DNA of 64,000 nt from Eledone cirrhosa (Eukaryota), in assembly GCA_964016885.1 (NCBI GenBank), contig OZ024765.1, positions 4,960,001 to 5,024,000 of the forward strand, given 5' to 3'. Positions 25,625 to 37,545 of this stretch are shown piece after piece. A model generated the notes under the pieces. That model saw nothing but the letters and a program-made list of their open reading frames with translations. It was not told the origin of the DNA and ran no database searches. The position numbers and the translations under genes were made by a program. Numbering within the stretch: the first letter of the stretch is position 1; each line of letters begins with the position of its first letter.

Positions 25625-26345
25625 TTTGTGCCTGGGAAAAGTACAACAAATGCCCTCTTCTTAGTGAGACAACTAAAAGAGAGGTTCTTAGACAAGACTA
25701 AGCCACATTACTTAGCTTTCGTTGACCTAAAGAAGGCCTTTGATAGAGTACACCGATCTGTCATCTGGTGGTCCCTAAGGAAACTAAGTGTTGAGGAATG
25801 GCTTGTGAGGACAGTGCAAGGTTTGTACAGAGGAGCTGTCAGTAAAATGAAAGTAGGAATGGAGTTTAGTGAGGAATTCCAGATACAAGTAGGAGTACAT
25901 CAGGATTCGGTCCTCAGCCCGCTCTTGTTCATTATAGTCCTCCAAGCCATAACAGAGGAGTTTAAGACTGGCTGTCCATGGGAACTTCTCTATGCTGACG
26001 ATCTGGTTCTTATAGCAGAATCAGTAGAGGAGCTAGAGAATAAATTCTGGCTATGGAAACAGCAGTTGGAATCAAGAGGACTGCAAGGTGGTCGTGGAGG
26101 TGTCACGGCAAAAAAGCACCCAGCCCACACTGTAAAGTGGACGTGCAGGCGCCACGGAAAAAGCACCCAGCACTCACTATAAATGAGGTTGGTGTTAGGA
26201 AAGGCATCCAGCTGTAGAAATCAAGCCAAAATCAGTTCCTGTATGAGCAAGGCATGGTCAGCCGACCAGACACTGCCCACAACAGGACAACCCGTCTAAC
26301 CCATGCTAGCGTGGAAGAATGGACGTAAAACGGTGATGATGATGA
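25625..26345 (+). mobile_element. RTE-clade LINE reverse-transcriptase fragment joined to its 3' UTR and (GAT)n tail
   Basis: AFVDLKKAFDRV, GVHQDSVLSPLLF and LLYADDLVL RT motifs; internally deleted. Confidence 0.9.
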
Positions 26346-27046
26346 TGATGATGATGATGATTATATATATATATATGTATCCAATTTCTACACCTTTGAA
26401 AATATATCTCTTTAAAATTTCATTTTACAAACTATGAAACTTGTGGAGATTTTCATTAAATGGTATTACTTTAGTTTACTAAAGAAACATAGCTGGTAAA
26501 TTAGTTTATTCAACTACAAAATTCATGAACTTTATCTAATACGTAGGAGACATTTAAAAAGTGTGTAATATTAAGAAAGCTATGAGTAGAAAGAAATCGT
26601 CATTGTGGAGGTGTTCTTTAAATCGTATTAAATTCATAACAGACATAAAGAAATGCTAGAAATAGCAGCCGAATATTTTATTAACATCCGGGTCATTTCA
26701 GTGTCAACCATGACATTAATTAACTGGCACCGACTGTCTTTAAAGCTTGACAAGCCAGGGACTAACACTTTAAACTGGTACACACCTGGAATGGTAAGTT
26801 TACCTTCCTACCCTCTCTCTCACTCTTATATATATTTATATATATATATAAGAAAATAGTCAGGACCCCAACAGCTGAGCTCCGGCGGTTTCGACAGTTA
26901 GATCCTAACTGTTCGGATCTAACTGTCGAAACCGCCGTAGTTCAGCCGTCGGGATCTTGACTCGTTTCCTATTACCCACTCTACTACCTTAAGTATTGAG
27001 TACTCTGGTGCATTATGGTCCACCTGGTATTTTACCACACTTTCTT

Positions 27047-27079
<33 letters not shown>

Positions 27080-28262
27080 CTCGACACAGAAGTGAATCTA
27101 AACATCGAATGCTCACCAGAGTGAACCTACAGTAACTCCAAGTTACACTCCCTAGATATATATAGATATATATATAGCAGAGTATAAAAGTTTTAATATA
27201 GATGAGATTCTACAGGACTAGAACTGTTTCATTCTTTAGAAATATATATATATATATATATGCAGCAAAGAGAAAGATGGATTGGTGGGTCTAAAACAAT
27301 TTTATTGCTTTCCCCCTGAAACATGTTTAAATCAATAAAGTTGTTTTAAAACTTCGATTTTATCTTTCTTGGCTTATATTAGGTCTGTGTTTCGTCTGTC
27401 TCTTTGAATTTTTATTTACAATTGTAAAAATTTACACTTGAATAACATTACAAACATGTTTTAAATAGACACATTAAACATGCGTAAATAACATAAATTG
27501 TTCACTATTCGTTCAGAAAGACATTAGAAAGACAATGGCGAAACCGAGTATAAAAATATAAGGTAAACCTATAGAATAGCGAACCTTGGAAATTTGAAAA
27601 AAAAAGGGGTTTTTCGAAATGAGTACCTATAACTATATATATGTGTGGTATATATATATATATATATATATATAGCTATTAACTCTATGTGTGTATATAT
27701 AATAAACATGCCATGCATCCTTATAAATGTATGTATAGGCGTATATTATATATATAATTGTTGAGTTCAAATCCCGCCAAGGTTAACTTTGCCTTTCATC
27801 CTTACGGGGTCGATAAAATAAAGTACCAGTAATACACTGGGATAATTGCTGACCTTGTGCCAAAAGTAGAAACAATTATTACGGGATCGATAAAATAAAG
27901 TACCAGTAATACACTGGGGTAATTACTGACCTTGTGCCAAAAGTAGAAACAATTATTACGGGGTCGATAAAATAAAGTACCAGTAATACACTGGGGTAAT
28001 TGCTGGCCTTGTGCCAAAAGTAGAAACAATTATATATATAATTGTTTCTACTTTTGGCACAAGGCCAGCAATTAATCCAGTACATTACTGGTACTTTATT
28101 TTATCGACCCCTTAAGGATGAAAGGCAAAGTTAACCTCGGCGGGAGTTGAACTCAGCACGTTAAGGGCCATAACTCTATGCTGCAAAGCATGGTGTCCGA
28201 CCCTCTCCCGACACTGCCAATCCATGCACACCTAACCCTACTCCAAATATATATTTAACGCC

Positions 28263-28295
<33 letters not shown>

Positions 28296-28699
28296 CTATC
28301 TATCTATCTAAGGCGGGTAAAATTCCCGAGATCCATGGACGAGTTCTCTCCAGCGGTCTCTGTCCCTCATTATCGCTGCCATGTCCTGCGTCTCCAACAG
28401 AGTTGACATTGCACTCAGTGTTCCTTTGGGAGCCCCTACATGGACACGCTAGAAGTGGAAGACCAAGGTTAACGTATGTTGATATACACATATATGGTTA
28501 TATATATATTTGTTTTGCAAGGTTTTTGATATGAAATCGTGTGTCGAAACAAATATTGTTATACTTGGGGAGGGTCATATTGTTATAATTAACCACCAAG
28601 TGTGACAATCGGCCGCACCTCACACCTTAGGAGTTAACTAACTACACACTTTGAGGCAAGCCAACACGCTGCCGGCATTACCACGGGTGATGGCGAGGC

Positions 28700-29510
28700 T
28701 AAGGTGCTGAAATAATCAGGCACCCTCACGGGCATCACCTGACACCTCAGTAAGGTACTGAAATAACCAAGCACTCTCACGGGCATCGCCTGTCACCTCA
28801 GTAAGGTCAGGCTAAAGTGCTGAAATAATCAGGCACTCTCACGGGCATCGCCTGTCACCTCAGTAAGGTCAGGCTAAGGTGCTGAAATAACCAAGCACTC
28901 CCACGGGCATCGCCTGTCTCATCAGTAAGGTCAGGCTAAAGTGCTGAAATAATCAGGCACTCTCACGGGCATCGCCTGTCACCTCAGTAAGGTCAGGCTA
29001 AGGTGCTGAAATAACCAAGCACTCCCACGGGCATCGCCTGTCTCATCAGTAAGGTCAGGCTAAAGTGCTGAAATAATCAGGCACTCTCACGGGCATCGCC
29101 TGTCACCTCAGTAAGGTCAGGCTAAAGTGCTGAAATAATCAGGCACTCCCACGGGCATCGCCTGTCTCATCAGTAAGGTCAGGCTAAAGTGCTGAAATAA
29201 TCAGGCACTCCCACGGGCATCGCCTGTCTCATCAGTAAGGTCAGGCTAAAGTGCTGAAATAATCAGGCACTCCCACGGGCATCGCCTGTCACATCAGTAA
29301 GGTCAGGCTAAGGTGCTGAAATAATCAGGCACTCCCACGGGCATCGCCTGTCACATCAGTAAGGTCAGGCTAAAGTGCTGAAATAATCAGGCACTCCCAC
29401 GGGCATCGCCTGTCACATCAGTAAGGTCAGGCTAAAGTGCTGAAATAATCAGGCACTCCCACGGGCATCGCCTGTCACATCAGTAAGGTCAGGCTAAGGT
29501 GCTGAAATAA
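28700..29510. repeat. 62-bp minisatellite, about 13 copies
   Basis: cagtaaggtcaggctaaagtgctgaaataatcaggcactcccacgggcatcgcctgtcacat. Confidence 0.95.
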
Positions 29511-29516
29511 TAAGGT

Positions 29517-30060
29517 GCATGACTTTCGGAAACATTTTTTCACGCTCAGAGTTGCTGAAGCATGGAACAAACTACCTGCATCAGTTGTTAGCTGTCGAGA
29601 CACTGCATCCTTTAAAACCTCCATGGAACAAACTACCTGCATCAGTTGTTAGCTGTCGAGACACTGCATCCTTTAAAACCTCCATGGAACAAACTACCTG
29701 CATCAGTTGTTAGCTGTCGAGACACTGCATCCTTTAAAACCTCCATGGAACAAACTACCTGCATCAGTTGTTAGCTGTCGAGACACTGCATCCTTTAAGG
29801 CCTCCATGGAACAAACTACCTGCATCAGTTGTTAGCTGTCGAGACACTGCATCCTTTAAGGCCTCCATGGAACAAACTACCTGCATCAGTTGTTAGCTGT
29901 CGAGACACTGCATCCTTTAAGGCCTCCATGCTTCCCGAGATCCGCCAACAGAACAGCTAACACATACACACATGTACTTCCCTGGCATTTGTGTATTATT
30001 CTATGTACTATATTGACGAGTTGTAGTGCACCTGAGCACTTTACACAATAATTTCATTAT
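29517..30060 (+). mobile_element. CR1 3' end with an internal 59-bp tandem expansion
   Basis: DFRKHFFTLRVAEAWNKLPASVVSCRDTASFKTSM, with the last part repeated about 6 times. Same family as the 38.8-kb fragment. Confidence 0.8.
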
Positions 30061-30558
30061 ATATTATATATAATCAGGCACCCTCACGGGCATCATCTGT
30101 TACCCCAGTAAGGTCAGGCTAAAGTGCTGAAATAATCAGGCACCCTCACGGGCATCACCTGACACCACAGTAAGGTGAGCCGCCAGTAATGACAAGAACT
30201 TCGCTGTCAGTGGCCCAACTCCACCGAACATGTTGATTGCCACAGACTGGAAAAAATAATTGTTTGATAAGTCCTGGTATTTCCGAATAAAAAATGACCC
30301 TATGTTTCCGACCAATAATAATAGTAACACATGCAGCTAACTCTGAAACTATTTAGCAATTTTATACGACAGTTCACATTTTTTAATCTGAAAGTCAGCT
30401 AATTTTTCAAAGTATTTAGCAGAACAATATTCCATTTAGTTGTCTAATGCACCTTGTCATTTCTCCTGAACCTCATTTAGAGTCTTTTCAAATGCTACTT
30501 TCATTTTCTATATCTTTGACTAAATATTAAAATATTTATTATTATGTAATATTATTAA

Positions 30559-31736
30559 AGGGCGGTGGATAAAATAAAGTACCAGTAATGCACTGGGTAT
30601 TTGCTGGCCTTGTGCCTAAAGTAGAAACAATTATTAAAGGGCGGTGGATTGGCAGTATCGGTAGAGGGTCGGACGCCATGCTTTGCAGCAAAGAGTTACG
30701 TCCCTTTACGATCTGAGTTCAAATCCCGCCGAGGTTGACTTTGCCTTTCATCCTTACAAGGTCGATAAAATAAAGTACCAGTAATGCACTGGGTTAATTG
30801 CTGGCCTTGTGCCTAAAGTAGAAACAATTATCTTAGGGTGGCGGTGGTTTGTCTGTATCGGTAGAGGGTCTGACACCAAGCTTTGCAGCAAAGAGTTACG
30901 GCCCTTTATGGTCTGAGTTCAAATCCCGCCGAGGTTAACTTTGCCTTTCATCCTTACGGGGTCGATAAAATAAAGTACCAGTAATACACTGGATTAATTG
31001 CTGGCCTTGTGCCAAAAGTAGAAACAATTATTTTTGAGCGGTGGATTGGCAGTATCGGTAGAGCGTTGGACACTATTCTTCGCGGCATAGAGTTACGGCT
31101 CTTTACGTTCTGAGTTCAGATCCTGCCGAGGTTAGCTTTGTCTTTCACTTTCATCCTTACAGGGTTGATAAAATAAAGTACCAGTTACGCACTGGGATAG
31201 ATTTAATCGACTCCCCCCTCCCAAACATTGTTGGCCTAGTGTCTAAATCAGAAACCATTATGTAATGGACTGGCAGTATCGGTAGAGGGTCGGACGCCAT
31301 GCTTTGACGCATAGAGTTACGGCCCTTGCCATTCTGAGTTCAAATCCCGCCGAGGTTAACTTTGCCTTTCATCCTTACGGGGTCGATAAAATAAAGTACC
31401 AGTAATGCACTGGGTAATTGCTGGCCTCGTGCCAAAAGTAGAAACAATTATTTATCTTGCCTTTCATCCTTACGGGGTCGATAAAATAAAGTACCAGTAA
31501 TACACTGGGTAATTGCTGGCCTTGTGCCAAAAGTAGAAACAATTATTTATCTTGCCTTTCATCCTTACGGGGTCGATAAAATAAAGTACCAGTAATACAC
31601 TGGGTAATTGCTGGCCTCGTGCCAAAAGTAGAAACAATTATTTATCTTGCCTTTCATCCTTACGGGGTCGATAAAATAAAGTACCAGTAATGCACTGGGT
31701 AATTGCTGGCCTTGTGCCAAAAAAGTAGAAACAATT
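30559..31736 (+). mobile_element. Tandem cluster of SINE copies with a reiterated 3' tail
   Basis: Four near-full copies followed by three extra ~95-bp 3' segments. Other dispersed copies at about 8270, 12530, 12680, 16020, 21570, 24480, 27760-28225, 33780, 35195, 38580, 42075, 43630. Confidence 0.85.
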
Positions 31737-32207
31737 GTGTAATTTTATCCTAGAAACTATATACACATGAGGTGGGGTGGCTGTTGCAGCGGGTGTCGCT
31801 GGCCATTGTCCGGTGTCTTCCGCGGGGCACAGCCCTTTTACCGCCGCGCCCTAGCTCCAGAGTGCAATCACCCCCTCTTCTGTGACACTAGAGTCCTTCC
31901 CATTCCCTCTCTTTTCCGTATTCTCTATATTTTCCTATTTCACATCCCATTCTTTCTCCTCAATCGAAATTTTCTCTTTTTTCCCTTTTGTATTAAACTG
32001 TTTACATGATATATTCCATAAATAAAATATGTTTCTTATATAACTCTCCACATACGAATTTAGGTATATATTATTTTAACCTTGCTATACATATATATAT
32101 GTGTGTGTGTGTGTCTGTGTGTGTGAAGTATTTCCGTAGAAATGGTAAAGGAAGGGAGAATGCTCTATGTATGCTACAGAGCTATTTAATTATGTAATAA
32201 ACAACAC

Positions 32208-32291
32208 AATTTTCCTCTCTGATGAACGATTTCAGACGTCTCTATTGAGCTCGCTTGTCTTCGTGAAACCTTTGGTAAATGGAATAATTGT
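32208..32291 (+). ncRNA. Type I hammerhead motif with long stem II and weakened stem I
   Basis: aattttcctct-CTGATGA-acga...tcgt-GAAA-cctttgg-TA^aatggaataatt. Confidence 0.55.
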
Positions 32292-32362
32292 ATTGAGTTG
32301 TTTATTACATAATTCGTGAAACCTTAAATGGAATAATTGTATTGAGTTGTTTATTACATAAT

Positions 32363-32424
<62 letters not shown>

Positions 32425-32640
32425 CGAGGGGGTGCTGAAAAGTTCCTGGCTTTAAGGGTATTTAAGAAACCTGGTTGGATGCCCAACCAACTGAGTTCTT
32501 TTTACAGGGTTTAGAAAAATCTAAGGAAGGCTGCAATTAGTGTGTGAATCTGAGAGGGGATGATGTTGAATAACTTCATAATTAACTGATCATCCTGTAT
32601 TTTCTTTTACCCAAAGCCAGGAACTTTTCAGCACACCTCG
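32425..32640 (+). mobile_element. Mariner-type MITE
   Basis: TIRs cgagggggtgctgaaaagttcctggcttt / aaagccaggaacttttcagcacacctcg followed by TA. The interior resembles the mariner C-terminus (CV..RGD.VE*). Confidence 0.8.
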
Positions 32641-32945
32641 TATATATACATATACATATATAATACAATAACAGAGATAGTTTAAAGCTAAACTCTGACT
32701 GGTAACCATCTCACTCAACAAACATTAGGTTATATTAAAATATAGACCCAATTTAAGTGTTTGGGGTGCTAACAATATGTATAATGTGGAAAAACCAGTT
32801 GTATTATTTTATGAGATGTAATTAAAGTTAAAGTATTTGTGTAATTTAGGTAACTATATATATGTAAAAACAATGAGTTATTTAATTTGTTGAACCATTA
32901 AGGTATATTATCCTTGGTTATGTCAAATATTTATAAAACATTTTG

Positions 32946-33006
32946 TATTTTATCTGATGAAAGCGTACCACAATTTTGGTACCCTTGAAATATATATAAT
33001 AGAATA
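32946..33006 (+). ncRNA. Minimal type I hammerhead motif
   Basis: tattttat-CTGATGA-aagcgtacca-caattt-tggtaccctt-GAAA-tatata-TA^atagaata. The downstream sequence matches 2350-2400. Confidence 0.75.
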
Positions 33007-33163
33007 AATATGGTTTTATAAATATAGTTTCCATTTATTTAATATCATTGTATATTATACTCCAGAAAATTTGTTGAGTGCTCTAAATCAGTTATAAACA
33101 TTTATATTTGTTGAATTACCAACAAATTGAATATCCCTTCTGCTTGTCAATGCTGTACTAAAA

Positions 33164-33221
<58 letters not shown>

Positions 33222-33630
33222 CATACGGAACTACTTCATGCCTTGCAACAACAATGTTTCTTATGTGATTTGGTTAAACAAACCAATCGGATTAGATCGC
33301 GTATGAATACATATCAAACCTTCTGGTTCACCAGAGAGAGAACTCTCTTGGACAGCAGGAGGATAAGACGTTCTATGGAGTACTTGCTGCATATTTTTCA
33401 AATTTTCTTGTGAAGAGGAACTAAATATTTATCAATTAGACATATTCAACATTTCAGGAATTGTTCTATTACGGTACGAGATATTCAATGTTTGCTGTTT
33501 GTTCTAGCTTTACCCTAATGGCCAGTAATTGCTTTCATTTCTTATATCTTCCTTTGTATATAAATTCGGCCTTCTAAGAATAAATGTGTTTATATCGAAT
33601 GGAGTGTTAAATATATAATTGTTCCCTTAG

Positions 33631-33681
<51 letters not shown>

Positions 33682-33729
33682 ACCAGTAATGTACTGGATA
33701 ATTGCTTGCCTTGTGCCAAAAGTAGAAAC

Positions 33730-33775
<46 letters not shown>

Positions 33776-33954
33776 TAATAATTGTTTCTACTTTAGGCAC
33801 AAGGCAAGCAAATACCCAGTACATTACTGGTACTTTATTTTATCGACCCCCGTAAGGTTGAAAGGCAAAGTTAACCTCGGCGGGATTTGAACTCAGACCA
33901 TAAAGGGCCGTAATACTATGATGATATATATATATATATATAATCATCATAACC

Positions 33955-34750
33955 ATCATCACCGTTTTACGTTAATGTTTCCACGCTAGCATGGGTTAGA
34001 CAGGTTGTCCTGTTGTGAGCAATGCCAGGTCAGGTGACCTTGTCTTGCTCATACAGAACTGATTTTGACTCAGTTTCTACAGCTGGATGCCCTTCTTAGC
34101 ACCAACCTCATTTGTAGTGAGTACTGGGTGCTTTTTTACCGTGGCGCCTACACGACTACTTTACAGTGTGGACCGGGTGCTTTTTTACCGTGGCGTCTAC
34201 ACGACCACTTTACAGTGTGGACCGGGTGCTTTTTGTCGTGTCACCTACACGACCATTTTATAGTGGGAGGGGTGGGGACATATTGTCTATATGCTTCAAC
34301 TTCGGCTTGTACCCGTGGGACTCGGGTCTTCTGTATTACTGTGTACCGCCAGAGGTCTCGGTCCTTGTGTCATTGTCTTTGAAAGTTGCAATTGGGCAAG
34401 GTCAGTTTTTATCACCTCATTCCAGGTCTTCTTGGGTCTCCCCATTCCCCGGCTTCCATCCACTTTTAGTGCTCTGCACCTTTTTATACACCTGTCATCC
34501 TTCATACGCATCACATGTCCATACCAACGCAACCTCCTCTCCTGCACACAACATTTGATTCCTCTTATGCTTAGTCCCTCTCTTAATTCGTTTATGCTTT
34601 GCCGTTCGCGTATATTACTATTATACATCCATTGGAGCATGCAAACTTCGTTTCTTTCTAATCTACCCAAGTCTTCTACACACGACACCCAGGTCTCACT
34701 ACCATGTAACATTGCTGTTCGTATTCACACATCATACAGTCTGCCTTATA
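33955..34750 (-). mobile_element. RTE LINE 3' fragment
   Basis: MLHGSETW...RRLRWYGHVMRM...GRPKKTW plus the recurrent 3' UTR. Related pieces at 2561-2985, 3012-3565, 4563-4790, 5260-5608, 14120-14408, 22395-22612, 40260-40990, 41318-41790. Confidence 0.85.
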
Positions 34751-35075
34751 TATCGGTTTTACCATTTACTTTCCTCCCTAAACCCTCCTTACTCGTCCTT
34801 GGAGTTTCTGTTCTCCCCATATCCGAACTCTCCTGATGAAGGACTGCTGTCGAATATGTATATATGTGTATGTATGTATATGTGTATGTATATATGTGTG
34901 TATATATATAGGAACAAGTATGACCCCGACGGCAGAGTTCAAGCCGTTTCGACGGCTAAACGGCTTTAGCTCTGCCGTCGGAGTCATACTTGTTCCTATT
35001 ACCTACTCTACTACCCAAAGTATTGAGTACTTTGGTGCGTTATGGTCCATCTGGTTCCTTACCACACCTCCTTCG

Positions 35076-35120
<45 letters not shown>

Positions 35121-35129
35121 AAATATATA

Positions 35130-35514
35130 CAGGGTGGGCCAGAATTCATGACTCGCTTGTTATATTTATTAACATGCTTATTTTATTGTATTGTTTTGTG
35201 GATTGGCAGTGTCGGTAAAGGGTCAGACACCATGCCTTGTAGCATAGTTTCGTCCTTTTACGGTCTGAGTTCAAATCCGGCCGAGGTTAACTTTGCCTTT
35301 CATCCTTACAGGGTCGATAAAATAAAGTACCAGTAACGCACTGGGATAATTGCTGGCCTTGTGCCAAAAGTAGAAACAATTATAATATTTCTTAATATTC
35401 TTAGCAGGTTTCTTAATCTATGCCTGTATATGGTATTATATTCCTTAACTTGTTTTATAACATTTTGTGTTAATAGATCTAAAAATAATCAAGTGAGTCG
35501 TGAATTCTGGCCCA
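35130..35514. mobile_element. Tc1/mariner-type MITE with a nested SINE
   Basis: cagggtgggccagaattcatgactcgcttg / caagtgagtcgtgaattctggccca. Confidence 0.65.
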
Positions 35515-35821
35515 AGGCGGTGAATTGACAGTTATTAGAACGTCAGATAGTGCTTTGTGGTATTAGTATCGTCTTTCTGCTCCCTGAGTTCAAATCCCAC
35601 CGAGGTCAACTTTGCCTTTCATCCTTTCGAGGTCAATAAAAAAAGTACCAGTCTAGAGGTGGGGTCAATTCTTCCTCTATATCTCTTTCCTTCTCCGGAA
35701 GAAATCTGCTGTACTCGGGTCTGGAGATGAGATGGGTTCCGCCATCTTTAAAATGCCCAAGAAACACCGCATGTCAATACGGCACTCCTACGATTCTATC
35801 AGGAGTTACGGGACCATATAT

Positions 35822-35855
<34 letters not shown>

Positions 35856-35879
35856 TATATATTATATATAGAGAGAGAG

Positions 35880-36394
35880 AATGAAATTTCCTTTCTCACT
35901 CTTAGTACGGCTGATACTTAAATATAAGTATGTATACGTACATACATATGTGTATACAGACGTACAGTAGTATGTATATATATATACATACATGTACACA
36001 TATATATATATGTACGTATGGGTTTACCGAACATTTATTATAATGCTCGGTTTGTTTGTAAACAAACAGTTCGAATTAAGCCGTATAGTGTTCGACAACC
36101 ATCGTTGCCATTTTGTTCAACACTGACAAAGGTACGACTTAGCTGTCATCAGTACCCTATGATAGCTAATAAGCTAGAAACTAGTTCATCGTTCCTTTGT
36201 CAGTGTTGAACAAAATGGCAACGATGGTTGCCGAACACTATACGGCTTAATTCGAACTGTTTGTTTACAAACAAACCGAGCTTATAATAAATGTTCGGTA
36301 AACCCATACGTACATATATATATATGTGTACATGTATGTATGTATATACATACTACTGTACGTCTGTATACATATATGTATGTACGTATACATA

Positions 36395-36396
<2 letters not shown>
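35880..36396. mobile_element. Fold-back (head-to-head) insertion of the same family as the 422-bp array
   Basis: Arms at about 35927-36133 and 36190-36394 are reverse complements and align by eye to the array unit. The centre holds two broken hammerhead halves. Confidence 0.85.
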
Positions 36397-36437
<41 letters not shown>

Positions 36438-36441
<4 letters not shown>

Positions 36442-36510
36442 CTTGTCTGACGAATGTATGAGGACGTTTCTTGTATTCGTCTTATTCGGGAAACCTCTGG
36501 TAATGAGGTA
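36438..36510 (+). ncRNA. Type I hammerhead motif (partly decayed)
   Basis: tttcttgt-CTGACGA-...gaggacg...cgtctta...-GAAA-cctctgg-TA^atgagg. The downstream 'acttacatagagcactctt' also follows the 5967 motif, so they belong to the same family. Confidence 0.55.
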
Positions 36511-36605
36511 ATTATATTGTATTGTTTATTATACATTAAATTTAACTCTGGCACTTACATAGAGCACTCTTCACTCCTATGACTTTTTCAATTTTCAACG
36601 GGAAC

Positions 36606-36649
<44 letters not shown>

Positions 36650-37132
36650 ATATATTAGTATCTACCTGTCTATGGCAGGGGCCAACAACGTTGTTAGAAC
36701 TCCATGTAGTACAGAAGTAATATTTATGGGGTTCCAATAATTGTATTTATATATGTTTATATTTTCATTCTGTAAGAATTATTCTCAACAATTTGTAATG
36801 TTATTTATAAAGGGATACCAAACCATCCCTGGTTTTACAATACAAAACTTTATTTTAAAGTGTTTATATTTATCTGAAAACCTTCCATCATAGTTATATG
36901 TACGAACCTTCGTTAAGTTATATTCCAAACACCTGCTTAGTCATGAGTTATATTACTAAATCTCTCCAAATTATTGATTGTTTTAAATGATTTGAAAATC
37001 ATAGGCAGTGTCTCTTATTATAAATATGGTAATAAAAGAGGGCATAGATGACTTTTAGCGGTCGCAATAATGAAAGTAAATTTATTTTCAATTTCGAACG
37101 TCGTGTTTACATTTTGTGTGTGTTTAAAGGAA

Positions 37133-37410
37133 ACATGCTGGCGACGAAGCTTCTTCTTTGCACGCCTCCATGTGTTCTCTATGAGCTGTGTGTGCACATC
37201 AGGGTCCGCAGGATCTACAAAGTTCCGTTCGTGCACCACAACATCATGAACGTAAATCCCACCTTCAATTTCCTCAATTTCCGAATAGGAAGCCCAACCA
37301 TCGGAGATGATGCGGCTGCCTGGCAAAATCCCTGCTGAATGATGGGGACGAGAGTGTCACGGCTTCGATTTGGGACTTCTACAAGGCAGCAGCATCCAGA
37401 ATGGCGGACT
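37133..37410 (-). mobile_element. Merlin (IS1016/IS1595-like) DDE transposase fragment
   Basis: LVEVPNRSRDTLVPII...ILPGSRIISDGWASY...HDVVVHERNFVDP..DVHTQLIENTWRRAK. Confidence 0.8.
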
Positions 37411-37474
37411 CACCATTCTGCAAGCCTCCTTACAAGATTACTTCGGTATTGAGTACTCTTCTCTCAACCGTCAA

Positions 37475-37545
<71 letters not shown>

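Larger units (their letters stand above)
28638..30290 (-). mobile_element. CRE-like (restriction-like endonuclease) non-LTR retrotransposon C-terminus, split by a minisatellite and a CR1 piece
   Basis: YQDLSNNYFFQSVAINMFGGVGPLTAKFLSLLAAHLTVVSGDAREGA*LFQHLSLAITRGNAGSVLACLK matches the 'GD.RE...LFQRLS.AIQRGNA' end of CRE-type ORFs, recognised from memory. A second piece lies at about 12020-12078 (+). Confidence 0.65.

Noticed and set aside
28915-29235. Minus-strand CTGATGA in some 62-bp units
   Set aside because: No downstream GAAA/UH, and the unit derives from retrotransposon coding sequence.
30640-30735. tRNA genes at SINE heads
   Set aside because: A and B boxes are present but the spacing and fold are not a cloverleaf, and each continues into SINE body.
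37018-37326. Bacterial IS1595 transposase suggesting contamination or horizontal transfer
   Set aside because: Eukaryotic Merlin elements share these motifs, and the fragment is embedded among host SINEs and microsatellites.
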